Of a stretch of DNA of 64,000 bases, positions 25,757 to 35,076 are shown piece by piece. The DNA is taken from contig CAYGRE010000005.1 in assembly GCA_964352215.1 (NCBI GenBank), positions 18,527 to 82,526 of the forward strand, written 5' to 3'. Source of the stretch: an uncultured Bacteroidia bacterium. Lineage in GTDB: Bacteria; Bacteroidota; Bacteroidia; J057; JADKCL01. The translations under genes were made by a program, and so were the position numbers. Position 1 is the stretch's first letter, and every line of letters begins with the position of its first letter. The notes under the pieces are model-generated. The model was not told the origin of the DNA, did not search any database, and saw only the letters and a list, made by a program, of their open reading frames with translations.

Positions 25757-27391
25757 ATGGGTATGAGATTTTTATTGTTATTATTTTTTTTGCTGCCTAC
25801 GTTGGGTATGGCACAGCTTCCGGCTCCTCCCATCCCGTTTTCGGTTTCCCTCTACGGTGACCCGGCTCCCGGCTATATCTTTCTGACTCCACAATCCCGC
25901 TTCGCCAACGATGCCAACCCCGGTTGCCTGATGATTCTGGATTCTGCGGGTACTCAGGTTTTTTACGCGCCTCTGCTGATTAATTCTGAGCCGCCTTACA
26001 CCAATACCCGGCCTTTCGACTTCAAGGTCCACCCCAATGGTATGATGTCCTATGCCCCTTCTGCAGGAGCAGCCGGGTATACTTTCCTCTTCCTGGACAG
26101 CACTTTTCAGCTGGTTGACACCATTACCTGTGGGTCGCTCAAGACCGACGAACACGAGATGATCATCACTCCTGACAACCACTATCACTTTATCTGCACC
26201 GACTATGCTATTCGCGATGCCAGCGGTTTGCTGATGGCTGATACGGTAACCTACGGGAGTCCCAATTGCAGTGTGAAAAGCAACAGCATCGTGGAACTGG
26301 ATGAAAATAAGAACCAGGTCTTTTCCTGGTTTGCCCTTGACAACATCCCGATTGAAGATACCCAGAGCGACTTTTATACAAATTACCCCAGCCTCGACCA
26401 GGTACACTCCAACTCTATCAATTTTGACCTGGACAGCAACTATGTGATTTCCAACCGCAACCTGAGTGAGGTCACCAAGATCAACCGCCAGACCGGGGAC
26501 ATTATGTGGCGGCTGGGAGGCAAGGCGAATCAGTTCCAACTTATCGGGGATACGGTCTTTTTCAACGGCCAGCACGATGCCCGGATTGCCCCAAATGGGC
26601 ACCTTTATGTCTTTGACAATGCCAGGTTCGGTACCCAACAAATCGCCCGTTACCTGGAATACGATCTGGATACGGTCGCGATGACGGCCACGCTGGTGCG
26701 CGAAATCCAGCATCCTACCGGTCTCAATACGGCTATCATGGGAAATTCCCAACTGATGGACAATGATGGGGTGATCCTCACCTGGGGTGGCTTTTTCGAC
26801 GACACTTATCCTGCCAACGTCTCTGAATACGATGCATTTGATGACATTGTGATGGAGATTGATTTCCCATTGCACTGGGTCTCATATCGGGTCCACAAAC
26901 AGGATCCCCCTTTCTCTATTGAGCAACCTTTAGTGGACTGTGACCCGGAAGACCGGACCTTGAGTGCTCCGGCCGGACACACCATTTATGAGTGGAGCAC
27001 CGGAGAGACCAGTCCTACCATCACGGTAGATTCTCCAGGAACGTATTTCGTCTGGGTAGACCAGGGAATCGGTTTTATGAGGTCAGAGGATATTACGGTA
27101 AGCCTGATGTCAGACATTTGCCTGGATGTTTCCAATCCCGAACCTGTTGTCTCCAGCATCTCTCTCCACCCCAATCCCAGCAATGACCTGGTGGTAATCA
27201 GGGTCCCTGCCAATATGGGGGGTGACTGGACCCTTGACGTTTATGACCCACGTGGCCGCCTTGTTTCGCAAAAATCCTACAAAGGTGTTTTCCGGGCTGA
27301 AACCAGTCTTGGAGAATGGCCCAATGGTGTTTATCTTTTCAGGGCACGCAACGAAGAGAAAAGCTATTCCGGCCGTGTCCTGAAATATTAA
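25757..27391 (+). CDS. Arylsulfotransferase (ASST)-family secreted protein with T9SS type A-like C-terminal sorting domain
   Basis: Signal peptide; HSNSINFDLDSNYVISNRNLSEVTKINRQTGDIMWRLGGKANQF...FFNGQHDARIAPNGHLYVFDN; tail SISLHPNPSNDLVVIRVP...LDVYDPRGRLVSQKSYKG...WPNGVYLFRARNEEKSYSGRVLKY. Confidence 0.85.
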   Translation: MGMRFLLLLFFLLPTLGMAQLPAPPIPFSVSLYGDPAPGYIFLTPQSRFANDANPGCLMILDSAGTQVFYAPLLINSEPPYTNTRPFDFKVHPNGMMSYAPSAGAAGYTFLFLDSTFQLVDTITCGSLKTDEHEMIITPDNHYHFICTDYAIRDASGLLMADTVTYGSPNCSVKSNSIVELDENKNQVFSWFALDNIPIEDTQSDFYTNYPSLDQVHSNSINFDLDSNYVISNRNLSEVTKINRQTGDIMWRLGGKANQFQLIGDTVFFNGQHDARIAPNGHLYVFDNARFGTQQIARYLEYDLDTVAMTATLVREIQHPTGLNTAIMGNSQLMDNDGVILTWGGFFDDTYPANVSEYDAFDDIVMEIDFPLHWVSYRVHKQDPPFSIEQPLVDCDPEDRTLSAPAGHTIYEWSTGETSPTITVDSPGTYFVWVDQGIGFMRSEDITVSLMSDICLDVSNPEPVVSSISLHPNPSNDLVVIRVPANMGGDWTLDVYDPRGRLVSQKSYKGVFRAETSLGEWPNGVYLFRARNEEKSYSGRVLKY

Positions 27392-27406
27392 CCTGCCTGC
27401 ACGGCC

Positions 27407-28441
27407 ATGCCCATTCTTGAAGCGCCACCTTATTCCCCTCCCTTTCACCTTCGTCAGAAGGACCTTCATACCATTATTCCGGCGCGAACCCGCAGAGTTA
27501 AGGTGAGCTACAACCGGTTCCGGCTCGAATTGCCCGATGGTGACTTTCTCGACCTGGACTTTTCAGCTGCCAATACTGACTTTGCAGCTCCCAATTCTGA
27601 CTTTTCAGCTCCCAGACCGGGGAAGAAAAGGCCCATTTTTATTACTACCCACGGCCTGGAGGGGAATTCCGGTTCTCGCTATATCAAGGGAATTACCAGG
27701 GCTGTCAACGAAGCCGGTTTTGATTCAGTGGCCCTGAACCTCCGGGGTTGCAGCGGTGAACCCAACCGGCTCTATATCTCTTACCACAGCGGCAAGACGG
27801 ATGACCTGGACCATGTGGTCAACCACCTGATCGACGACCTCGGTTACCGGGAAATAATCCTGAATGGGTTTTCGCTGGGAGGAAATCTTTCCATCAAGTA
27901 TGCGGGGGAGCGCGGGGATTCGATTCGCCCTGAGATTAAAGGGCTGGTTGCCGCCTCTGTCCCTTGTGACCTGGAAGCCACTTGTGCCAATCTCCAACGC
28001 AGACGCAACTGGGTCTACTTGAAGAATTTCATGATCACCCTGAAGAAGAAGGCGATTATGAAGCAGCAGTCGTTTCCCGAAGAGGCTACTTATACGCTGG
28101 CAGAGGCCAGGGCAGTTCGCAATTTCATTGACTACGACAACCTCTATACAGCCCCGGCCCATGGATTCAAGGATGCGCCGGACTACTACCAATCCTGTTC
28201 CAGCAACCGGTTTATCAGCGGCCTTACGATCCCGACCCTCCTGATCAATGCGGTGGATGATCCGTTTCTGACTCCGGAATGCTTTCCCTTTGCGCAAGCC
28301 AAAGACCATCCCTTGTTTCATTTCATGGCTCCCCAAAAAGGCGGGCATGTCGGCTTTACCGAGCACTGGCGGCAGAAGGGGAATACGTGGTTGGAAGACC
28401 GGGTGGTGGAGTTTTTGGAGCGGTTTAGGGGGAAGTTCTGA
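27407..28441 (+). CDS. YheT-like alpha/beta hydrolase
   Basis: THGLEGNSGSRYIKGITRAVNEAGFDSVALNLRGCSGEPN, LNGFSLGGNLSIKYAGE, C-terminal GGHVGF. Confidence 0.85.
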   Translation: MPILEAPPYSPPFHLRQKDLHTIIPARTRRVKVSYNRFRLELPDGDFLDLDFSAANTDFAAPNSDFSAPRPGKKRPIFITTHGLEGNSGSRYIKGITRAVNEAGFDSVALNLRGCSGEPNRLYISYHSGKTDDLDHVVNHLIDDLGYREIILNGFSLGGNLSIKYAGERGDSIRPEIKGLVAASVPCDLEATCANLQRRRNWVYLKNFMITLKKKAIMKQQSFPEEATYTLAEARAVRNFIDYDNLYTAPAHGFKDAPDYYQSCSSNRFISGLTIPTLLINAVDDPFLTPECFPFAQAKDHPLFHFMAPQKGGHVGFTEHWRQKGNTWLEDRVVEFLERFRGKF

Positions 28442-28483
28442 AAGGGGCCAATTTGAGTACGTAAGATCAAGCAGGAATACCTA

Positions 28484-28512
28484 TTTGACCTGATCCTGAT
28501 ATTGCTATCTTG
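28484..28512 (+). promoter_or_regulatory. Candidate Bacteroidota promoter (TTTG-N18-TATCTTG) for the 513-aa secreted protein
   Basis: 'tttgacctgatcctgatattgctatcttg' resembles the TTG/TTTG ... TAnnTTTG consensus, 22 bp before ATG 28535. Confidence 0.35.
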
Positions 28513-28534
28513 TAGCTAACCCAACATCGACCCC

Positions 28535-30076
28535 ATGAACCGAACCAAACGCCCTCTATTGCTGCTTTTGCTGACCATTTTTACAGGAATGCTCCATGCT
28601 CAGGCCTATCATCCATTCCCAGATATGTATACCCATCATTTCACGATGCCCGATTCCGGTAACTCTGGTACAGGGATTTTTTCACTGAAAGTCGAGGGAA
28701 TAACTGTACAAGGTGTAGACACGTTGTACTCCTTCAATTCTATCCTGAGGCCTCCGCTTCCCAATACGCCACTGATCAATTGCAATGGTGATGATGTAAA
28801 TAACGATCCCGGTTGGGCAGTGCTGATGCCGGACCAGAACAATATTCTGGGTCATAGTTTCCGTAACCTGGCAAACGGTGGTGTCGAATTCATCACCTCT
28901 ACACCAGATACCTTTCTGATTCGTCCGGGTGCCCGGACTGGGGATTCCTGGACCTTCAATGCTGGCCTGGGCATCACCGCGCAGGTGGTCTCCGAAGGGG
29001 TGGAAAGTGTTTTGGGGCAGAACGACAGTGTCAAAGTGATTGCGCTTTCCAATGGTCGGGAACTGGCATTGAGCAAAGCCTATGGCTTGGTTCGGGGGTA
29101 TTCATTGCTGCCGGTGAAATCCCTGGAAACGGGGAAGCAATACGGTACCGACATGACTTTGTGGGGAATTGAAGAATTGAATCTGGGTGGGAATCTGCCT
29201 GGTTTCGATGCCATTTTCGGTGCGTTGGTAGTCGGAGATCGTTATCAGGAAAGAAGTTTTTCCTATGGCTCATCTGGAACGACTACCAGTTGGACCAACC
29301 ATGAGGTGCAAAGCAAAACGGCGAACCCGGGAGAATATTCCTACGTCACCAGTGGTTCGAAATTGACGTATCTGGTAAATTACATCTTCACCGGCGGCTC
29401 CACCACCGATACCACATATACGCCCTCCGATACCCGAACGGTCACACATATTGACGCCGACCATCCCTATTTATACCTCCTTCCGGCCAACTTCCACGTT
29501 TCCACGAATACCAACGATTACTATGTACACACTGAATCCATTCTGCTTGCAGATGGACGGGTAAGACGCTTTTTCGCCAGGTTTGAGGAATTCGACCCTT
29601 GCATCGGTGGCTTGATCAATTTCTCCCCAAATGGAGGAACCTCGCTCACGTATGAAGAAGGGGTAGGCAGGACGAGTCGCAGCAACTGGTATTCCGGGGG
29701 TTCCAATTCTCAAACCATCGGCTGCTGGGACCTCGCAGGGGCAGGCCAGTATGGCAATTGTAAGGACCTGGCTGCGGGGGCGGGGCTTACGCCCACCAAT
29801 ATAGGTGGATCACTTCCCGACGATCCGAGCGGGCTTCCGGTTGGAGTCTGGGGAAACAGGAATGGAGATGGTCATCTAACGCTGGTCCCTGGTGACAAGG
29901 CGGAATACCTCACGGTATGGGAAGTGAGTGGCAGAAAGGTTATGGAAATACCATTGCTGTCCCGGAACAGCACTTATGACATCTCAGTGGATGGATGGCT
30001 ATCCGGTATCTATGTTTTCCGGGTACACAGGAAGAATGGTCAGGTGGAGAGCTTTCGGACGGCTATCTTCAGATAG
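28535..30076 (+). CDS. Secreted protein of unknown function with T9SS-like C-terminal sorting domain
   Basis: MNRTKRPLLLLLLTIFTGMLHAQA signal peptide; tail YLTVWEVSGRKVMEIPLLSRNSTYDISVDGWLSGIYVFRVHRKNGQVESFRTAIFR. Confidence 0.8.
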   Translation: MNRTKRPLLLLLLTIFTGMLHAQAYHPFPDMYTHHFTMPDSGNSGTGIFSLKVEGITVQGVDTLYSFNSILRPPLPNTPLINCNGDDVNNDPGWAVLMPDQNNILGHSFRNLANGGVEFITSTPDTFLIRPGARTGDSWTFNAGLGITAQVVSEGVESVLGQNDSVKVIALSNGRELALSKAYGLVRGYSLLPVKSLETGKQYGTDMTLWGIEELNLGGNLPGFDAIFGALVVGDRYQERSFSYGSSGTTTSWTNHEVQSKTANPGEYSYVTSGSKLTYLVNYIFTGGSTTDTTYTPSDTRTVTHIDADHPYLYLLPANFHVSTNTNDYYVHTESILLADGRVRRFFARFEEFDPCIGGLINFSPNGGTSLTYEEGVGRTSRSNWYSGGSNSQTIGCWDLAGAGQYGNCKDLAAGAGLTPTNIGGSLPDDPSGLPVGVWGNRNGDGHLTLVPGDKAEYLTVWEVSGRKVMEIPLLSRNSTYDISVDGWLSGIYVFRVHRKNGQVESFRTAIFR

Positions 30077-30128
30077 GTGTTTTCTGAAATTGGAATAACA
30101 ATTCCCCCCTTCAATTGCTTATTCTGAC

Positions 30129-30791
30129 ATGTTAAGATCTATTCATTTTTCAATCATCGTACTGTTGCTGGGTTTTCTGCCATTGTTTTCTCAGGCCCAG
30201 ACTCCGACCGAACCAGCTGTGCAAATGTCGCCCGAATCGCTGTCTCAACTCCAACCCGAACTCGATGCCCTCAATGCCGAGCGCCTCAAGCTCAACAAAA
30301 CCGGGATGATCGTTTTGGGTTCCTGGGCGGTTGCCAATATCGGGTACAGTGGGGTTCAGATGGGCCGGACCTCTGGTTCTACCCGCGCCTTTCACCAAAT
30401 GAATGTGGCTTGGAATGGGGTCAACCTTGCCATTGCTGGCTTGGGTTACTGGGGAAGTCACCGGACACGGAACAAGCAATATGACCTAACCGGCACGGTG
30501 AAGGAACAAAAGAAGATTGAATTGTCCCTGATGCTGAATACGGGGCTGGATGTCGGTTATATGGCCTTTGGCCTCTATCTCCGCGAACGTTCTTCCAATG
30601 AACTCGGAGACCGCCGGGACCAGTTCAGAGGATGGGGAAATTCGCTGATCCTGCAAGGTGGGTTTCTATTTGTTTATGACCTTACTATGAGCGTCCTCCA
30701 CCAGCGTCATGGGAACAAGGGGATCATGAAGGTACTGGACCGGTTGTATCCTGCGCCCGGTGGATTGGGTTTGAGTATTCCTTTGAATTAA
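30129..30791 (+). CDS. Hypothetical membrane protein
   Basis: Signal/TM start MLRSIHFSIIVLLLGFLPLFSQAQ and further TM-like segments. Confidence 0.7.
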   Translation: MLRSIHFSIIVLLLGFLPLFSQAQTPTEPAVQMSPESLSQLQPELDALNAERLKLNKTGMIVLGSWAVANIGYSGVQMGRTSGSTRAFHQMNVAWNGVNLAIAGLGYWGSHRTRNKQYDLTGTVKEQKKIELSLMLNTGLDVGYMAFGLYLRERSSNELGDRRDQFRGWGNSLILQGGFLFVYDLTMSVLHQRHGNKGIMKVLDRLYPAPGGLGLSIPLN

Positions 30792-30878
30792 TCTTCGCCT
30801 GATCTTTGGGGCAACCTTCGCCTAGTCTTTGGGTCAACCCCTCTTCGTATTTGGATTAACTCTTCAGTTCATCTTCGA

Positions 30879-32477
30879 TTACCCCTTCTTCAGGTTTTTG
30901 ATCCGCTTGTCCGTCATCCAGACGTCGCTGAAGTTCTGGTTCATCAGGGTGCGGCAGGCTTCGGTATTGGTAAACATTTCTGCTCCCAGATCCGGAATTC
31001 CCTCTTCGTATAAGCGTTCTCCCAACTGACGGTAAACTACTTCGGGTTCAATCCCCGCCGCTTTCTGTTCCTCCGTCTGCTTGGGTTGCTTCCAATGCTT
31101 GACCTGGGTCTTACCTGCCTGGCGGAGGTATTCATCCGAAATACTGCTCTTATAATGGGACCACATTTCGTCGCGGAGGCCAGGACGAATTGCCATGCGC
31201 TGTTCTTCGGTCAATTCGGGGAAAAGGCGCAACAGTTCGGAGTCAATGAAGGTGTCGGGATAGAGGACGTCAAAGATATGTACCACGCCATCTTCTCCGG
31301 CCAGTTTTCCATAGGCCAGCGAGGTAAAATTATTGGTGGTATGGCCTGCGGTGAGGTGACCAAAGACGGTGGAATCTTCTCCCAATTCTTCTTGTAAACG
31401 GGCTGCGAATGAGGTATCTCCGCCCATTTCCTGTCCATCTGGCCGCTGCCGGTGCTCATTCCCTGATTTCTTGAGGTGGTTCTCTTCGTCGAATTCACGT
31501 GCGGCATTACAAGCAAACAACTGCACGTTGACATCATTTTTAATCGCTCCCTGAAGCCCGTCTGCAAATGACTCTATATTGGGGGCCGTCTCTCGGTATT
31601 TCCGGTCGTCGGGTTGGCCGGCTACCAATCCATCGCGGTAAGCTCCACCGGCATCGGTCCCTACGCCATAAGGCATGCCGTGGGCAAAAATAGCCAGGTT
31701 CTTGACCTGGGTCCAGGCGGGCACCATCACCGGACCTTGGAAATAATCGTTTACGGTTGCATTCCAATTGGTCCAGAACACTTCCTGAAGGCTCCGGGAG
31801 ATGCTTTGTACCATCTCGACGATCTCATGGGTCTCGGTGACCTTTAAGGGTACTCCGATCTGCAATTCCCCGGCCTCGTTGATGCCAATGGCGCTGTTGT
31901 GCTTGGCCCAGGGGTTGGCCACTTTCCAGAAGGTTTGGTTGTTTTCTTTCTGGTCGTCGTAATGGGTGTAGCAACCGACGGTGATCCCATTCTGGAACGC
32001 TGGTTTCGGATTCCCGTCTTCGTCCAGGATTTGCCTGACGAAATCGGGCATGGCTTTGGCATTGGTGATCTTCCCGGTAAAGAGGAGGCCATGCTGCTTG
32101 AAAAAGGTTTTGTCCGCGATCCCGTCTTCTTTGCCTTTTTTGTTGTCGCTTTTGCCTTCGTTGTTGGTGACCTGGCGGTTGTAGACGGCGTTGATGGTAG
32201 CATCGTCGTAGACACCGGTCGGGTCGATGCCGAGGGAGGTTTGCAACTGCTGGATGGCTTCAGCGCCAAGGTCGGTGTCGGCGGCCCACTGCCGGGCTGC
32301 GGCAGTCTGGTCCGGGTCCAGGGTGGCCTGGATAGGCGCATTGGTTGGCATGGCTCCTTTTCCGGCCTCGAGCTGGAGGGAGGGTGGAGCCATGGTGTTG
32401 GTTGGTGATTTTGGGCTTTTGCTTGCTGAAGCGGGCTGGGCTGTCGTTGGCTGGTGATGGGGCATCTTTTCTTCCAT
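30879..32477 (-). CDS. Putative effector-like protein: Pro/Thr/Ser-rich leader, peptidoglycan-binding-like module, caspase-like (His...Cys) candidate domain
   Basis: SKSPTNTMAPPSLQLEAGKG leader; AIQQLQTSLGIDPTGVYDDATINAVYN; NLAIFAHGMPYGVGTDAGG...NVQLFACNAAREFDE. Confidence 0.6.
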   Translation of the reverse strand: MEEKMPHHQPTTAQPASASKSPKSPTNTMAPPSLQLEAGKGAMPTNAPIQATLDPDQTAAARQWAADTDLGAEAIQQLQTSLGIDPTGVYDDATINAVYNRQVTNNEGKSDNKKGKEDGIADKTFFKQHGLLFTGKITNAKAMPDFVRQILDEDGNPKPAFQNGITVGCYTHYDDQKENNQTFWKVANPWAKHNSAIGINEAGELQIGVPLKVTETHEIVEMVQSISRSLQEVFWTNWNATVNDYFQGPVMVPAWTQVKNLAIFAHGMPYGVGTDAGGAYRDGLVAGQPDDRKYRETAPNIESFADGLQGAIKNDVNVQLFACNAAREFDEENHLKKSGNEHRQRPDGQEMGGDTSFAARLQEELGEDSTVFGHLTAGHTTNNFTSLAYGKLAGEDGVVHIFDVLYPDTFIDSELLRLFPELTEEQRMAIRPGLRDEMWSHYKSSISDEYLRQAGKTQVKHWKQPKQTEEQKAAGIEPEVVYRQLGERLYEEGIPDLGAEMFTNTEACRTLMNQNFSDVWMTDKRIKNLKKG

Positions 32478-32488
32478 GGTGTTATCAA

Positions 32489-32587
32489 TTGGCGATCAGT
32501 TCCTGTTGGCGATCAGTTCTTGTTGGCGATCGGTTCTTGTTGGCGATCGGTTCTTGTTCGCGATCAGTTCTTGTTCGCGAGTTCTTG
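32489..32587. repeat. Tandem repeat, 17-bp unit ttggcgatcagttcttg, about 5.8 copies
   Basis: Consecutive units at 32489, 32506, 32523, 32540, 32557 and a shortened unit at 32574. Confidence 0.9.
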
Positions 32588-32912
32588 GCTTGATCTTCTA
32601 TTGATGGCAGGAAGGAGGGAGAAAGTAACCCAGTGGGGGTAAAAAAATTGATCGCGTGTAGGGCGAAAATGGAGCGGAACGGGTACCTCTTGTTGATGAG
32701 AGGGCACCCGGACCCTCGGAAGCGGGTGCTTAATTCGAACCCTTTTATATTGGTTGCTGGTGATTTAAAGCTATTTGCTACTATTAGGACTGGTTGATTT
32801 AATCCATCTGTTCGATGAATTTGCCAAAGTCATTCTTGGGATCCCTTCAAGAGCCAGCGACGCAGCCCACTACTATTATCTATCCCCTGATTGCTGGAAG
32901 AACAAGGATGAA

Positions 32913-34460
32913 TTATACCTTCGCCACAGGCTTTCCTTTCATCCCTTCCTCCACCAACCAGGCAACAAACTCCGCAAAAGGTTTTATATCCTGATCCACA
33001 CTGGCAGCTTCCAAAGCTTCCATGTAGCGATCCCTTTCCTCTACCGGGATTACCGTCCAGGGATATCCACCAGATGCTAACATAACGTTCATCAGGAAAC
33101 GCCCCATTCGTCCGTTGCCATCCATGTAGGGGTGAATAAATACAAAAATGAAATGACCTAATACGGCTCGCACACCTGCATGTTCCTCTGTTTGTAATAG
33201 GTCAAAAAGTACCGGCATAGCATCTCTTACCGCTTCTTTGTTGATAGGCGTATGCTTAGATTTTCCGATATACACCTGATTGGTTCTATACCCTGCTAAA
33301 TCGGAGGGTTTCAGGATTCCTACATTCACACTTGGAGCAAACAATTCACGATACCAGTCACCATGGTCCTGATCAGCAACAGCACCAGCATTTTCTCCAT
33401 TCAATATCTTTTTAATGCTTTCCTTCACTGCATTAAAGGCTTGCCAATAACCCCTGGCAGCCATGGCGTCCTTTTGTTGTCGGTCAGCTTCATTTTCTTT
33501 AGCGTCCCATGATCCCGATCGTACACGGTCAATTATTCCAGGAGTTACCCGGTATTTTTCAATGGATAATGAGTGATAAGCATCGGTAGTATAGATTTCC
33601 TCCATCATTGTAATATAGCTGCCAATATCTGCTGGAAACCCAGGAGGTTTTGGAAAAACCGCAACAACCTTTTTTCGCATTTCATGCCATAACAAACGAA
33701 TGCGGTTCACATAAGGTGACCTTTCACGTGCATTCAGTGCAATGGGTGTTTCTTCTTCAAAAGGATCAGTTTCTCTTATATCATAGCTTACCGACTTCAT
33801 GGCTTTCAGGATATCATTGGCAATTTTCTCTTGTCCCAAATTGCGATAAGCACCTACCAATCTCCCCGCAATGGTCGAATGTCCTCCATCCAACAACGGC
33901 CCTAACAATTCAGAAGCATCACGAATCATTGATAATCCTGTCCGTACATCTGTCGGATTTGTCCGAAATAAAGCAGGTTGTGAATGAATAATCGCGGAAG
34001 GTAGGTTGACTATGCGTACGCCTTTTTTTGTTTCAATTTCTGCCTTATCTGGTAAGGTTGATTTCATCACAAACAATGATGTTTTAAACAACAGCTCAAC
34101 CGGCATGTTGTTCCCTTTTGTTGACCGAATAATTAGCTGATGGGGTACAGAGGTGTTACCTGCGTGGATGAGCAATGACTGTTCAGCCGAAATGCAATAA
34201 TTTTCCCCATAGCGATCTTCTAAATAGCGTGAGCAAAATCCCCAATAAGATGTAAACCAAGAGGTGCTATCTCCTTGTTGTTCACCATGAGGAGCAACAA
34301 TGTACCACCCACGAATCACTTCCCGGATAAATCCATTGGCAACCAGTCTCTCTCTGTGTACTCGTGAAAGATCATCTGTTTTAATCCCTACAATGCCTTT
34401 GTCTTGTAGTTCCTTTAGCTTTTCTAATGATTCTGCTAATTTCTCTCCGGGCGTTGCCAT
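32913..34460 (-). CDS. Fic-domain protein (AMPylase-like) with AbiEi-like N-terminal winged-helix region
   Basis: Fic motif FIHPYMDGNGRMGR; N-terminus GIVGIKTDDLSRVHRERLVANGFIREVIRGWYIV and ISAEQSLLIHAGNTSVPHQLIIRSTKG. Confidence 0.85.
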   Translation of the reverse strand: MATPGEKLAESLEKLKELQDKGIVGIKTDDLSRVHRERLVANGFIREVIRGWYIVAPHGEQQGDSTSWFTSYWGFCSRYLEDRYGENYCISAEQSLLIHAGNTSVPHQLIIRSTKGNNMPVELLFKTSLFVMKSTLPDKAEIETKKGVRIVNLPSAIIHSQPALFRTNPTDVRTGLSMIRDASELLGPLLDGGHSTIAGRLVGAYRNLGQEKIANDILKAMKSVSYDIRETDPFEEETPIALNARERSPYVNRIRLLWHEMRKKVVAVFPKPPGFPADIGSYITMMEEIYTTDAYHSLSIEKYRVTPGIIDRVRSGSWDAKENEADRQQKDAMAARGYWQAFNAVKESIKKILNGENAGAVADQDHGDWYRELFAPSVNVGILKPSDLAGYRTNQVYIGKSKHTPINKEAVRDAMPVLFDLLQTEEHAGVRAVLGHFIFVFIHPYMDGNGRMGRFLMNVMLASGGYPWTVIPVEERDRYMEALEAASVDQDIKPFAEFVAWLVEEGMKGKPVAKV

Positions 34461-34498
34461 GCTATTGTGTTAATCTTATTGTTAAACGATGTGCTTCT

Positions 34499-34560
34499 AT
34501 TATTATTTAGTGCTGGGATGTGATTATTATTTAATGACGTACTAGAATTATTATTTAATG
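34499..34560. promoter_or_regulatory. Three 14-bp direct repeats (attattatttaatg) with exact 24-bp period upstream of the Fic gene
   Basis: 34499-34512 attattatttagtg; 34523-34536 and 34547-34560 attattatttaatg. Confidence 0.65.
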
Positions 34561-34842
34561 TAGTTGTGTGGATAATAAGCTAAAATACAATGAGATAAAA
34601 GAATAATTTAGTCGTGTTAAAAAAGTGATCTCCCCCCAATCCAATGAACGGCGTTTGGGTATTTATGCAATTACTACTCAGTCCTATTGTATTGGAATAC
34701 AAGACCTTTCAACTTTGAAGTCTGCCTCTATTGTTCCTGAACTCTAGTAGAGTTATTGGCATTATGAGTGGGTCAAACGAATCGGTATATCCATTATGAG
34801 CAAACATCCCATGAATCTTCTCGTTTTTAGCTATCTTTAATT

Positions 34843-35076
34843 ATGGATTTGAACAGAGACAGAAATGAGTTGATGGAGATGATCGGCCAGATTCAAAATG
34901 CTTCATTGATGGCTAATATTAAAGAAGTCGTCAGTGACCTTTTATTTCCTACAAACGGATTTGAATTGTCGGAAGAGCACCGGAAGATTCTTGATGAACG
35001 GATTGACAAGTATAAGTCTGGCGAAGGGAAGTTGTTTACGTGGGAGGAAGTAGTAGAAGATGTAAGGAAAAAGTGA
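34843..35076 (+). CDS. Orphan antitoxin-like protein (addiction-module-component type)
   Basis: Small protein ending KYKSGEGKLFTWEEVVEDVRKK, parallel to the intact 46792..46998 protein; overlaps a truncated toxin start. Confidence 0.6.
   Translation: MDLNRDRNELMEMIGQIQNASLMANIKEVVSDLLFPTNGFELSEEHRKILDERIDKYKSGEGKLFTWEEVVEDVRKK

Noticed and set aside
25781-26875. 364-aa minus-strand ORF
   Set aside because: Antisense to the clear ASST-family gene 25757..27391.
32489-32587. Possible CRISPR array
   Set aside because: 17-bp contiguous tandem repeats without spacers.
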